A stretch of 49,162 nt of DNA from an uncultured Erysipelotrichaceae bacterium (GCA_902783895.1 CACZST010000009.1:1-49162); one strand, 5' to 3'; shown: positions 38,972 through 49,050, counted from the stretch's first letter. Notes: generated from the sequence alone by a model not told the origin. Numbers and translations: made by a program.

Positions 38972-40114
38972 TTATTTTACCTTTTTTCCTGTAATTCTTT
39001 TCATTATCAAAGCTGACCCAATTACACAAGCGAGTCCTAAACCTGCAATTATTATTGAACCAAAAGCTGATGTGGATGGTACCTCTACTACCTGTCCGTT
39101 ATCTACTTTTATTTCATCTTTATTTCCTTCATCTTTTGGTTCTTCTTTTATTTCTTCCATATATTTTGAAATTGTATATGGATTAGTCTGACTTCCTTCT
39201 CCGCTTAATGTAGTTTTAGCTAATAGGAAGAATGCAGGACGGGCGGCGAGTCTGTCCATCGCCCTGTAGTTGCCTGATAACGCACTATAACTGTCAGAGA
39301 CATTGAACAAGCCGCCCGCATATTGATCAGAACCAGGTGAAAGCATCCACGGATAATTATTTGAATATAAATAATTATGTGTACTACTATTAGTATAACA
39401 CACTGAATTATTGCCAACATAATCCCATAAATAATCTTTTACACTCATACACGCAACATTTGAGGATGATTTTACATAATCAGTCGCATTCATTAAGGCT
39501 ACTTTACCCTTCCACTTATATGCACTTTCTTCTTTTATACTTTCTGATAAATTTGTTTGATTATCTGCAGTTGGTCCAACATTCCACAATTTTTCTACTA
39601 TCAAACTTTTTACATCATCATTTAAATTATTATAAAAATCATTATTTAAATATGTATTTAAACTTGCCTCTTTATCTGGTAAATTTTTAAGTGTCCCATT
39701 TACTTCCCGTGGCATTTGGGTTACTTTGTTACCATTTGTATCTAAAGTAGTTGTATTACTTCCCCATGATTTACAACCATATTGGCTTGTGCAAAAATCA
39801 TCACTATTTGTTGAATATCTAGCATTTTCCTCATCCCATGCCATATATCCGATACTTTCCTGTTTAATAACCTTTATTGTTCCATCTTTTTCTAACGATA
39901 TTATTCTATATAGATCATCACCTAATTTAATATAGTTATTTGGATTACCTCCTTTATAAATATATCTTCCTGCTATAGTGGTGTCTTTATAAAGTCCATC
40001 ACCCTCAGTCACAACATTTTTCTTTAGTATATCTGCGGTTTTCTCTATTGCTTTTACTGGATAAAAAGATATACTTAAAAGAAATATTGTTAGCGTTAAA
40101 AATAATTTTTTCAT
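38972..40114 (-). CDS. membrane-anchored surface protein with a DUF6273/CLec-like domain
   Basis: Signal peptide; YIYKGGNPNNYI..G..LYRII; WMLSP...F.V......A....ARPAFFL...GEGSQTNPY; VPSTS + TM + basic tail. Confidence 0.7.
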   Translation of the reverse strand: MKKLFLTLTIFLLSISFYPVKAIEKTADILKKNVVTEGDGLYKDTTIAGRYIYKGGNPNNYIKLGDDLYRIISLEKDGTIKVIKQESIGYMAWDEENARYSTNSDDFCTSQYGCKSWGSNTTTLDTNGNKVTQMPREVNGTLKNLPDKEASLNTYLNNDFYNNLNDDVKSLIVEKLWNVGPTADNQTNLSESIKEESAYKWKGKVALMNATDYVKSSSNVACMSVKDYLWDYVGNNSVCYTNSSTHNYLYSNNYPWMLSPGSDQYAGGLFNVSDSYSALSGNYRAMDRLAARPAFFLLAKTTLSGEGSQTNPYTISKYMEEIKEEPKDEGNKDEIKVDNGQVVEVPSTSAFGSIIIAGLGLACVIGSALIMKRITGKKVK

Positions 40115-40188
40115 ATATTTAATCCTCCCTATCTTACAATACCAGTTTATCAAAAAAAGTAATATTTTTGGTAAATAATTAACTTGTT

Positions 40189-41154
40189 TTAGATAATTGA
40201 TATTCTAACTTCAAAGGAAACATCTTTTAAAAGTCCTAATTTAATATGACCAGATTTCATAAATTTAATAAACCCTAAGCCTTTTATCACTAAATCATAT
40301 CCACTTTTAATATCAATATCATAATAAACAAAATCTTCTTTTACTTTATCTTTATAAAATCTTTCAAGTTTTAAATCATTTGACATATAAAGGGTAATAT
40401 TATTATCATCTAAAGTTAAAGAGGCAAAATCATCAATAAATAATGTCTGAAAATGTTTTATCTGATATGTAATTGGTCTTATTGTTTTTCTAGGTAAAAT
40501 CCTTTTTAATTGTTCAAAATTAGCTTTTAAATAAATACTACCTTCATCTAAAATTCCTGGTGTATCAATAAGTGTTAGATCATCATTTACTTTAATTGGA
40601 TTCATACAAAGTGTTGTCGAAGGTAAATTACTTGTTGTAATATCTTCAGGCATACCACCATAATTTTTTAAAAACTTATTTATTAAAGTTGATTTACCAG
40701 CATTTGTAAATCCAACCACATATACATTATCACTTTTTTTATTTTTTAAAATCATATCATAAAGTTCATCTAAATGATAATTATTCTTACCGGAAACAAA
40801 TATTTTACCTACTACATTTAATTTTATTTTTTTAAGGAAATATTCATCATCAATACTTTTAGGTAATATATCTTTTTTTGTAATAACAAGTATTATTGGA
40901 TTTTTTATTTCAATATCATTTAAATTATACAAATTCAAAAAATCAGTAACTAATAATACTAAATCACCTGTTTTATTTATCTTTTCTATATTTTTTAAAT
41001 ACTCCAAGTTATCCTTAGAAGAGAAAGAATAATTGTTATAATGCTTTATCTGAAAACATCTTTCACAAAACTTATTATTTAAATCTTTAGTATAACCTTC
41101 CTTTTTACTATCTTCATTTTGCATTATCACCCCGCAACCTAAACATCTAATCAT
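40189..41154 (-). CDS. yqeH: ribosome biogenesis GTPase YqeH
   Basis: CLGCG...CERC Zn finger, TKKD, GFTNAGKST, DTPG; start MIRC. Confidence 0.9.
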   Translation of the reverse strand: MIRCLGCGVIMQNEDSKKEGYTKDLNNKFCERCFQIKHYNNYSFSSKDNLEYLKNIEKINKTGDLVLLVTDFLNLYNLNDIEIKNPIILVITKKDILPKSIDDEYFLKKIKLNVVGKIFVSGKNNYHLDELYDMILKNKKSDNVYVVGFTNAGKSTLINKFLKNYGGMPEDITTSNLPSTTLCMNPIKVNDDLTLIDTPGILDEGSIYLKANFEQLKRILPRKTIRPITYQIKHFQTLFIDDFASLTLDDNNITLYMSNDLKLERFYKDKVKEDFVYYDIDIKSGYDLVIKGLGFIKFMKSGHIKLGLLKDVSFEVRISII

Positions 41155-41668
41155 AATATTTCTCCTCATTAAATAAATCATGGTCACGTAATTTTTTCTT
41201 TATTTTCTTCTCGAAATGCCTATTTAATCTTGTTAAAATAAAATCTTTAGAAGATACAGGATTAACTAAAATAGTTGTTATCCCAACCCTATTTCCAACT
41301 CTAATATCTGTCATTATTTGGTCTCCAATTATCGCTAAATCAGATGCTAAATAATTATTTTGATTCATAAATTTAATCAATTTTTTTACTCTAGGTTTCA
41401 TCGCATTACTTACGCCATCAACCTTCAAATAATTTTTAAATCCTCTTAGTCTAAACATTGGACTATTTGTATAAATTACAACTCTAAAACCTTTTTGCTT
41501 TAAAGAAATAAATAAATCTTTAGCTTTTTGAGGTGCTTCAGTTTCATTTGATGGAACTATAGTATTATCTAAGTCAAATAAAAGACACTTAATACCGCTA
41601 TTAAGTAATTTAGTATAATCAATCGTATAAATACTCTTTTGATAAATATCTGGAATAAATTCTTCCAT
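41147..41668 (-). CDS. yqeG: YqeG family HAD IIIA phosphatase
   Basis: DLDNTI, KP, IGDQIMTD; adjacent to yqeH. Confidence 0.9.
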   Translation of the reverse strand: MEEFIPDIYQKSIYTIDYTKLLNSGIKCLLFDLDNTIVPSNETEAPQKAKDLFISLKQKGFRVVIYTNSPMFRLRGFKNYLKVDGVSNAMKPRVKKLIKFMNQNNYLASDLAIIGDQIMTDIRVGNRVGITTILVNPVSSKDFILTRLNRHFEKKIKKKLRDHDLFNEEKYYD

Positions 41669-41757
41669 TTAAATCGCTCCTTTCCAAAGCTTATAAAACT
41701 AATATAATAATAGCACAATTTATATATGCAAACAAGTAAGCAAAAGAAAAATAAGTA

Positions 41758-43257
41758 TCAACTTACTTTCTTAAAATCATAAAATAAATATTTTTCTGGA
41801 AGATTTAAAAATTCACTGCCTTTACTAAAGTTATGATCCTGACCACGAGCAACCTCAACCTTTATCCTTTTAAATGTTTGAATTAAAGGTATATAAGAAG
41901 CAGATGGGTCTTTACTACCATAAACAAATGTAAGATCACCATGATATTCCTTAATTCCTTCCTTTGTTTTATGTAAATTAATCATTAAAGGGCAATTTAT
42001 TAAAAGCATTCTTTTAATCTGTTCATTTTTATATTCAGTTTGAATACCTAAAATTGCTCCATTAGAATGTCCCATAAAATATATCTCTGAATTTTCATTA
42101 ATATAATTACTAAGCACATTAAAATCATTTTCTAAAGTTTTCACAGCCTCATTATTAGCCGAAACAATCACCGTAAGGCCATATTTATAATTAATGGTTT
42201 TCGCTATCTTAATATATTTGTTTTGAAATCCATAAATTGAACCATTAGCCCCAGTTTTAATAAAAAATATTTTCTCATTTCCTTTTATAATTCCAAATTT
42301 ATCTCCAATTTCCTCATCAAACTTTAATATGTTAAGTCTAATTTCCTCATCAAACTTTTCAGATAAATCTAGAATATAATCTTTATTTTGAAGCTTATTT
42401 AAAAGATCTTCATTAATTCCATAATAAAGACCCGCAAGTGATCCTGTAATCGCTCCTATAGTATCAGTATCACCACCTAAATTAATTGAACCAACAATAG
42501 CTTTCATAAATGAATTAGTATTTAAAAAAGTCCATATTACTGCCTCAAGTGTATCAACAACATATCCAGTTGATTTTATATAATCTAAATCAAGTTTATA
42601 AAAATCAGTTGATAAAAATCTTTTATAGCATCTTCTCGCATCTTCACTAAATTTATAATAATTAAGTTCCCTAACCTTTTCCAAAGCCTCAAACTTATCA
42701 AATCCAGAAAGTAAAAAATGAACATATTTAACATATATAAAACATCCCATAATACTAAACTCATGTGCATGTGTAAGTGATGATGCTTTTTTAACAATAT
42801 CTAAAACCTGTTCATCATCAGTAAGTTCATAAAAAGTATATAAAGCAATTGGTAGCATTCTCATAAGTGAACCATTACCATTATTATTAACCCCACTAAG
42901 ACCACATTTAGTTGGTCTTTCATGATTATTATAATAGTTCATTAGAGCTTGTTTAGTAGTAATGCCAATATCAAAAACTTCCCCTGTCGCCGTATATTCA
43001 CTACTATTTACAAAATCACAAAATCTCTTAATCATATCCTCATAATCAATCCCATGAACATTTATAATTGAATCCATAGTTGCTAAAGTTAAAGCAGTAT
43101 CATCTGACCATGTACCTTCCGGAACATCATATGTACCATATCCTTTCATTGAAACAACTGGATTATTTATAAGATCTTTCCTTAAAGTAAATTCAATTGG
43201 AACACCCATCGCATCACCAATCGCAAAACCTAATATACTATTTACTACCTTTGACAT
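41758..43257 (-). CDS. ADP-ribosylglycohydrolase fused to a C-terminal alpha/beta hydrolase
   Basis: GDAMG, WSDDT, GNGSLMR, THAH, GGDTDT; C-terminal GHSNG, GSKD, DHNF. Confidence 0.88.
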   Translation of the reverse strand: MSKVVNSILGFAIGDAMGVPIEFTLRKDLINNPVVSMKGYGTYDVPEGTWSDDTALTLATMDSIINVHGIDYEDMIKRFCDFVNSSEYTATGEVFDIGITTKQALMNYYNNHERPTKCGLSGVNNNGNGSLMRMLPIALYTFYELTDDEQVLDIVKKASSLTHAHEFSIMGCFIYVKYVHFLLSGFDKFEALEKVRELNYYKFSEDARRCYKRFLSTDFYKLDLDYIKSTGYVVDTLEAVIWTFLNTNSFMKAIVGSINLGGDTDTIGAITGSLAGLYYGINEDLLNKLQNKDYILDLSEKFDEEIRLNILKFDEEIGDKFGIIKGNEKIFFIKTGANGSIYGFQNKYIKIAKTINYKYGLTVIVSANNEAVKTLENDFNVLSNYINENSEIYFMGHSNGAILGIQTEYKNEQIKRMLLINCPLMINLHKTKEGIKEYHGDLTFVYGSKDPSASYIPLIQTFKRIKVEVARGQDHNFSKGSEFLNLPEKYLFYDFKKVS

Positions 43258-43329
43258 TATATCTACCTTCTAACTACACTCTATCATTATAACATATCAA
43301 TTATGAAATTCTTATTAAAAATTATAGTA

Positions 43330-43869
43330 TTACTCAAAACTTATATCTATACTAATTAAATTTCGAAAAAATCTTTTAAATTCTCTTTTCTTAATTTCAC
43401 ATCTCTTACCCTTTTCATATACAGTATGAGATTTAACACATGAATCAACCTCATAATAATCAAATCTACAGTATATACAGTTATTCATATAATCTAAAAA
43501 AAACTTATGAGAAGAAGCATCCTCAAACTCAAGTAAATCCGATTTAACAATAACTTGATTATTAAAGTTATTAATTAAAACACCTTTCCTATAATTAGTT
43601 ACTTTAACAATCTCATCAATCTCAAAACTACTATAAAAATCATCAGGATTAAATTCATACAAAATTTCTTGAGTAGTTTTATCATCAGCGAAAACTTCAT
43701 TATAGCTTTCTAATGTATACTCCTGTCCCATTGATAAATTAAGCATCAAAATTATTTCATTATTATCTTCAATAGTAATAAAATTGCATCTTTTATCTTC
43801 ATCTTGAATATAAGCATCTCTAGAGACAATAATTCCAGTAATATTATTTAAAACAAGTTTTTCCATCAA
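43330..43869 (-). CDS. hypothetical protein
   Basis: 179-aa acidic ORF with AGGTG RBS. Confidence 0.65.
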   Translation of the reverse strand: MMEKLVLNNITGIIVSRDAYIQDEDKRCNFITIEDNNEIILMLNLSMGQEYTLESYNEVFADDKTTQEILYEFNPDDFYSSFEIDEIVKVTNYRKGVLINNFNNQVIVKSDLLEFEDASSHKFFLDYMNNCIYCRFDYYEVDSCVKSHTVYEKGKRCEIKKREFKRFFRNLISIDISFE

Positions 43870-43936
43870 AAATCACCTAAAACAAATTATACTATAAAAC
43901 ACAAATAAAAAAAATACCGATAAATTAATATCAGTA

Positions 43937-45091
43937 TTACAAACTTATATTACCGGTAATCATATCTTTCATATTTCTGCCTAAAAGCTCTAAATAATTT
44001 GCTTTTTTTACATCTTTAGAAACCGTAAGTTTAACTTCTTTTAAAACTTTACCATCTTTCTTTACCTTTAAAATGCCCACATCATCACCCTTTTTAATAG
44101 GTGCATTTATTAAATCAACTTTTTTATCATAAGTTGCTTTTATATTTTTTTCACCTTTTTTCCTAAGAATACTCACCTCTTCTTTTGGAATAACATTTAC
44201 ATATTCATCCTTACCATTATATACTTTATATTTTCCAAGAGAAAATTTATCATCAACTAATTTTTCTATTTTATACTGCGCAAAAGCATAATCAAGCATT
44301 TCACTTACTTCTTTATTTCTATCTTTACTAGTCGCTTCACCCATTGCCACCGCAATAACGCGCATACCATCTTTCTTAGCCGTAGCTGTTAAACAATATC
44401 CCGCACCTTCAGTAAATCCAGTCTTTAAACCATCAACCCCATCATAAAATCTAACCAATTTATTAGTATTTACAAGCCATATTTTCTTATCAGTACCTTC
44501 TCTTAAATAATCTTCATATACAGAAGTAAATTCAAATATTTTCTCATGTTTTACTAATTCCTTAGCAATTAAAGACATATCACGTGCACTTGAATAATGA
44601 TTCGCTGTATCAAGACCATGAGGATTTTTAAAATTAGTATTTTTAAGACCCAATTCCTTTGCTCTTTCATTCATTTTACTAACAAAAGCGTCTAAAGTTC
44701 CTGAAACAGATTCACTCAAAGCGACAACCGCATCATTTCCTGACGCAATTGCTACACCTTTAAATAAATCCTTAACCTTCATTTTCTCACCTGTTTCAAG
44801 TAAAATCTGACTTCCACCCATTTTTGATGCATTTTCACTTACTGTAATTTCCTGATTCCACTTTAAACTCCCATTTTCAATTGCCTCTAATATTAAAAGC
44901 ATACTCATCATTTTTGTCATCGAAGCTGGCACTAATTTCTCATCTGCATTTTTCTCAAATAAAATTTGACCAGTACTTGCCTCAATTAATATAGCTGACT
45001 TCGCTCCCTCAGCTAATTTTATATCAGTAGCCGATACCATATCTAAATTTATGAAAAGGCATAAAAATATAAATAGTATATTTTTTTTCAT
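43937..45091 (-). CDS. dacF: D-alanyl-D-alanine carboxypeptidase, S11 family (DacF-like)
   Basis: PASMTK, SGN, KTG motifs; MGGSQI.LE.GE.M, WLVNTNKLVRFY. Confidence 0.85.
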   Translation of the reverse strand: MKKNILFIFLCLFINLDMVSATDIKLAEGAKSAILIEASTGQILFEKNADEKLVPASMTKMMSMLLILEAIENGSLKWNQEITVSENASKMGGSQILLETGEKMKVKDLFKGVAIASGNDAVVALSESVSGTLDAFVSKMNERAKELGLKNTNFKNPHGLDTANHYSSARDMSLIAKELVKHEKIFEFTSVYEDYLREGTDKKIWLVNTNKLVRFYDGVDGLKTGFTEGAGYCLTATAKKDGMRVIAVAMGEATSKDRNKEVSEMLDYAFAQYKIEKLVDDKFSLGKYKVYNGKDEYVNVIPKEEVSILRKKGEKNIKATYDKKVDLINAPIKKGDDVGILKVKKDGKVLKEVKLTVSKDVKKANYLELLGRNMKDMITGNISL

Positions 45092-45157
45092 TTTAACCAC
45101 CTATTAAAAAATATGTCAAAATATATATTAATATAACAAAAAATGGAAATACTAACA

Positions 45158-46261
45158 TCACCTTGAATGTTTATTTCCATTAATCATTTTAACCTTACCA
45201 CGTCTTTTTTTCTTAACATTAAAATCATAATCAAGTTCATTTTCAATATTATTAACTTGTCCCATTAAATTCATAAAATCTAAACCTTTTTCTTTTCCAA
45301 AATTTTTAACAGTTTGATACTTTAAAACTTGAACATTTTCCATATTTTCCATAAGTAAATTATCAGTCAAAGCCTCAGTCTTTTTCTTACTAAATAAAGT
45401 TAGAAAATTTAACCTTTTAGGTCTAAAAACATCATCAGTAAGCCTTGCATTTGCCATATTAATTCTATTATTAAGTCTTATTTGTTTAAAAGCTTTACCA
45501 ATATAACCAATAGATAAAATACCAAGTGCGGGTATTAAAAGATTATCCATAAGAATTGAAGAAATCATTTTAGGATCTTTTTTATTTTTAAAAATTATAT
45601 TTTTTGAAACAACTTCATCATCAACTAACTGTGATACTTCCATTGCCTCACGCATATCAATTTTTGATTTTTTTTCATTTATAACCATATCATCAATTAA
45701 TTTAGATTTATTATTTAAATTATAATCATTTGATATACCTTTTTTGAATGCAGCTTCTTTACTTTTTAAATTATTATCTTCATTAACCTTTTCTTTATTT
45801 AAATCCCTTTTTTTACTATCTATAACTTTATCTTTATCTTCATTTATTATTTTATTTATATTATCTAAAGCTTCCTTTTCTTTAGAAGCAATTTCATTTA
45901 GTTTAACTGTTTCATCTTTTAACTTTAAAGAAGCATCTTTAGTCATAATAGTCTTTGTTTTATTATAAGAATCTTTCCTATCTAATTTAGGCTTATCATT
46001 CTTATCAAAAAGTGCCCATAAAATAAACATTGGAACTGCTATAAATATATTTTTATCAAAAGATTGCTTAACTTGAGGTTCTGAAACATTTTTGAAATTA
46101 GACTCATCCGGAAGAACACCACTAAAAGTATATCTAGAAATCTTATAATTATTTCCATCATCAAATGAATAAAAAACAATATTTTCAAATCTTTTTTTCT
46201 TATAAAATCTACCAAACAATTTAAACCATATTTTTTTTAAAAAATTAATTATCCTTTTCAT
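45158..46261 (-). CDS. hypothetical basic protein, possibly membrane-associated
   Basis: 367-aa ORF with two short hydrophobic stretches; AAAGGAG RBS. Confidence 0.65.
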   Translation of the reverse strand: MKRIINFLKKIWFKLFGRFYKKKRFENIVFYSFDDGNNYKISRYTFSGVLPDESNFKNVSEPQVKQSFDKNIFIAVPMFILWALFDKNDKPKLDRKDSYNKTKTIMTKDASLKLKDETVKLNEIASKEKEALDNINKIINEDKDKVIDSKKRDLNKEKVNEDNNLKSKEAAFKKGISNDYNLNNKSKLIDDMVINEKKSKIDMREAMEVSQLVDDEVVSKNIIFKNKKDPKMISSILMDNLLIPALGILSIGYIGKAFKQIRLNNRINMANARLTDDVFRPKRLNFLTLFSKKKTEALTDNLLMENMENVQVLKYQTVKNFGKEKGLDFMNLMGQVNNIENELDYDFNVKKKRRGKVKMINGNKHSR

Positions 46262-46327
46262 TGGCCACTCCTTTTACAAAAAAATATTATACCACTTGCT
46301 AAAATAAAACCGAAATTAAATTCGGCT

Positions 46328-46702
46328 TTAACAACTTTTTTTATTAAATTCATATGTATAAGTATTTTTAGTATTTGAATCATCCTTATACGTAATCCTT
46401 ACAAAACCACAAATCTTTTTATTATTACTTGGATCATTTAATTCACTACTATCGATATAACCATCAGAATCTAAAGTACTTAAATCAACATCAATATAAT
46501 CACCATTTGAAGTTGGCATTTTATCCGCATTTAAAGTTCCCCATTTATTAGCCGCATCTTCAAATGTTTTTGTTTGAGTTGAAGAAAGTGATTTCTTAGA
46601 TTTATTCATTGTTCCAGTAACAGACGATGTAACTATTAAAGCAATAACTCCTAAAATAACAATTACCGCTAAAAGTTCAATTAATGTAAATCCTTTTTTC
46701 AT
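46328..46702 (-). CDS. type IV prepilin (ComGC-like)
   Basis: MKKG|FTLIELLAVIVIL class III signal; two C-terminal Cys. Confidence 0.9.
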   Translation of the reverse strand: MKKGFTLIELLAVIVILGVIALIVTSSVTGTMNKSKKSLSSTQTKTFEDAANKWGTLNADKMPTSNGDYIDVDLSTLDSDGYIDSSELNDPSNNKKICGFVRITYKDDSNTKNTYTYEFNKKSC

Positions 46703-46703
46703 A

Positions 46704-47063
46704 TTAGCAGCTCCCTTTATATTCATATTCAAGTTGATTATTATCATAAGTTATACAAATTTTAGTATCCTTTGAAATAATCCCACCAGTAGTTAAATCT
46801 TTAATATCCTTATTATCTAAATAACCAGACTTTTGTAAAGTATCAATTGTCACATAATTTAATGAAGGATTACTACCATTTATCGTAACATTACGCATCC
46901 CCCATTGCCTGGCTGCATTTATAATTTCATCTTGTTGCTCACTATTAAGCTTATCCTTTGACCTTGATAAAATACCCGTAACATTAGTAGTTACAATCAC
47001 TAAAACTACACCTAATATAATAATAACCGCCATAAGTTCAATTAATGTAAATCCCTTTTTCAT
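46704..47063 (-). CDS. type IV prepilin (ComGC-like)
   Basis: MKKG|FTLIELMAVIIIL; L...GYL; two C-terminal Cys. Confidence 0.9.
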   Translation of the reverse strand: MKKGFTLIELMAVIIILGVVLVIVTTNVTGILSRSKDKLNSEQQDEIINAARQWGMRNVTINGSNPSLNYVTIDTLQKSGYLDNKDIKDLTTGGIISKDTKICITYDNNQLEYEYKGSC

Positions 47064-47125
47064 TATTATCACCCTATAATTAATAATATCACATCAATAA
47101 TTTTAAGTAAATAAAAACATAAAAT

Positions 47126-47365
47126 CTATAAAGATTCTATGTTCACCCTTGTTTTCTTACCTTGATCATTATTACTTGCTGCCTGAATAAGTGTTCTTAT
47201 AGCCTTAGCATTTAATCCGCCACGGCCAATAACCGCACCCATATCAGACTCACTAATTGAAACATCAATTGTAATAATATCATTTTCCAAAACATTTACC
47301 GTTACCAAATCTGGTTTTTTAGCTAAACTTTTAACTAAATATTCTGTTAATTTCTTATAATCCAT
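47126..47365 (-). CDS. khpA: KH domain RNA-binding protein
   Basis: DMGAVIGRGG.NAKAIRT; follows rpsP. Confidence 0.9.
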   Translation of the reverse strand: MDYKKLTEYLVKSLAKKPDLVTVNVLENDIITIDVSISESDMGAVIGRGGLNAKAIRTLIQAASNNDQGKKTRVNIESL

Positions 47366-47367
47366 AA

Positions 47368-47649
47368 TTATTTACTTTCTTTTTTCATTTTTAATTCATG
47401 GAATTTTTTATTGATTCCAGCTTTACTTAATAAACTCTTAACTGTATCAGTTGGTTGAGCTCCATTAGAAAGCCATTTTAAAGCTACTTCTTCATTAATT
47501 TTAAATTCTGCAGGATCAGCAACTGGGTTGTATGTACCTACAAGTTCGATATATTTACCATCTCTTTTTGTTCTAGAATCAGCCGCAACTATTCTGTAAA
47601 AAGGACTTCTTTTTTTACCCATACGAAGTAATCTTAATTTAACTGCCAT
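47368..47649 (-). CDS. rpsP: 30S ribosomal protein S16
   Basis: MAVKLRL.RMG....[21 protein letters not shown]. Confidence 0.98.
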   Translation of the reverse strand: MAVKLRLLRMGKKRSPFYRIVAADSRTKRDGKYIELVGTYNPVADPAEFKINEEVALKWLSNGAQPTDTVKSLLSKAGINKKFHELKMKKESK

Positions 47650-47687
47650 AATATCCCTCCATTTCGTAATTAAATTCTACCATAAAG

Positions 47688-48410
47688 CTATTTATCTGTC
47701 AACCTTTTTTTGTTAACATCATTAATATAATCATTTATATCAATCATATAACCACTTGGAACATAAACCTCTGGAATAAATAAACTCCTTCCAGCATCTT
47801 TACCATTTCCTTTTATAACCTCACAATTTTTTATCTTCGTATTAAAAACCTTATTATTAATCCAATAATAAAGCCATCTGTTCACACTTCCATGACCAAA
47901 AACTAAAATATTATCATATAAATCCTCGTCGCCCATCTTTTTAAGCATTAAGCCTACCTTTTGAACCCTTTGACCAACATCATGTTCACTTTCGCCCTCA
48001 ATATAAGGCAAATCCCAAGAGCCAATTTTTTTAAGTAAATAAAATAACCTAGCTTTTGGACAAACCTCTAAAACCTCTTCCTTAGTCCTTGCATAATGAA
48101 TTCCAGAATCAATTTCATGAAGATCATCCATAATCCTAATTTCAACATTATTACTTACATAATTTAAAGAAAGCCTACTCAAAGCAATGTCCATAGTTTC
48201 AATACATCTTTTATAAGGAGACACTAATATTAAAGTTTTACCAGCAAGAAAATTCAAATAATCTCCAAGTTCCTTAGCTTGCCTTCTTCCAAAAGTTTTC
48301 TCTAAAGGCATTTCACTATCAACAGCAATCTTTCTCAAATCCCTTTGACCATTATAATTAGCATTATTAGCTGGTGTAAAACCATGTCTTATCAAATATA
48401 TATTACTCAT
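47688..48410 (-). CDS. histidine phosphatase (phosphoglycerate mutase family)
   Basis: LIRHG, SPYKRC.ET, GES, GHG. Confidence 0.88.
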   Translation of the reverse strand: MSNIYLIRHGFTPANNANYNGQRDLRKIAVDSEMPLEKTFGRRQAKELGDYLNFLAGKTLILVSPYKRCIETMDIALSRLSLNYVSNNVEIRIMDDLHEIDSGIHYARTKEEVLEVCPKARLFYLLKKIGSWDLPYIEGESEHDVGQRVQKVGLMLKKMGDEDLYDNILVFGHGSVNRWLYYWINNKVFNTKIKNCEVIKGNGKDAGRSLFIPEVYVPSGYMIDINDYINDVNKKRLTDK

Positions 48411-48463
48411 AAAATCATCTCTTTATAATTATAACATAAATTAAAAAACGTTCAACCGAACGT

Positions 48464-49000
48464 CTATTTTAAATAATCTTCATCAACACTTTCATCAATT
48501 TCTTTCATAGTATCAGAAGAAACCTCATCATCTATTATATCCCAAGGTTCCTCATCATCTTCAATTGCGATTTTCACCTTTGTTTCACCAACAATTTCAA
48601 CACCAAGTTCCTTTTCAATATTAAATGATACCTTTTTATCTTCTAAAATATTAACACCAAAACATGCGGGTTGTTTTAAAGACCTTACAATAATATCTGT
48701 ATCACCAGATAAATCAGCATTATCTCTTATTCGAACATTGAATAAATCGTTATATTCAATTGTTTTATTAATAACAGCCGTTTTACTATCATTATCATAA
48801 GAATACCAAATATTTATATCAAAAGAACCATCCACACCAATTTTATCTCCTGATTTAAAACCCTTAAAATTGTGATTTATGACCCAGCACCCAAGTATTG
48901 TAGTTGGATCAAACTCAGCTTCTAAAGTATACTTATCCTTAAAATGTTTCTTCCCTTTTCCAATTATCGCTTTTGTTACTATTTCTTTATAAGATGCCAC
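48464..49000 (-). CDS. cotE: outer spore coat protein CotE
   Basis: YKEIVTKAIIGKG, ILGCWVINH, DINIWYSY, EIVGETK, acidic tail; GTG start after GAGGGG. Confidence 0.9.
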   Translation of the reverse strand: MASYKEIVTKAIIGKGKKHFKDKYTLEAEFDPTTILGCWVINHNFKGFKSGDKIGVDGSFDINIWYSYDNDSKTAVINKTIEYNDLFNVRIRDNADLSGDTDIIVRSLKQPACFGVNILEDKKVSFNIEKELGVEIVGETKVKIAIEDDEEPWDIIDDEVSSDTMKEIDESVDEDYLK

Positions 49001-49018
49001 TATATCACCCCTCACTTT

Positions 49019-49046
49019 AAGATATGCATTTACTTTTAAAAAGTAC
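49019..49046 (-). promoter_or_regulatory. possible mother-cell (sigmaK/sigmaE-type) promoter for cotE
   Basis: AC-16 bp-CATATCTT matches the AC-N16-CATANNNT pattern. Confidence 0.4.
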
Positions 49047-49050
49047 ACAA

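Noticed and set aside
859-45968. Numerous short antisense or off-frame ORFs (e.g. 859-1098, 4652-4924, 7842-8069, 9176-9418, 12271-12504, 27802-28149, 38245-38574, 39220-39420, 45744-45968)
   Set aside because: They overlap confident genes, lack recognisable motifs and are expected shadows.
25973-46327. Similar GAATTAAAT(T)C-loop hairpins near 25980, 37064 and 46311 as a REP-like repeat family
   Set aside because: The stems differ and each sits at a gene end; ordinary terminators explain them.
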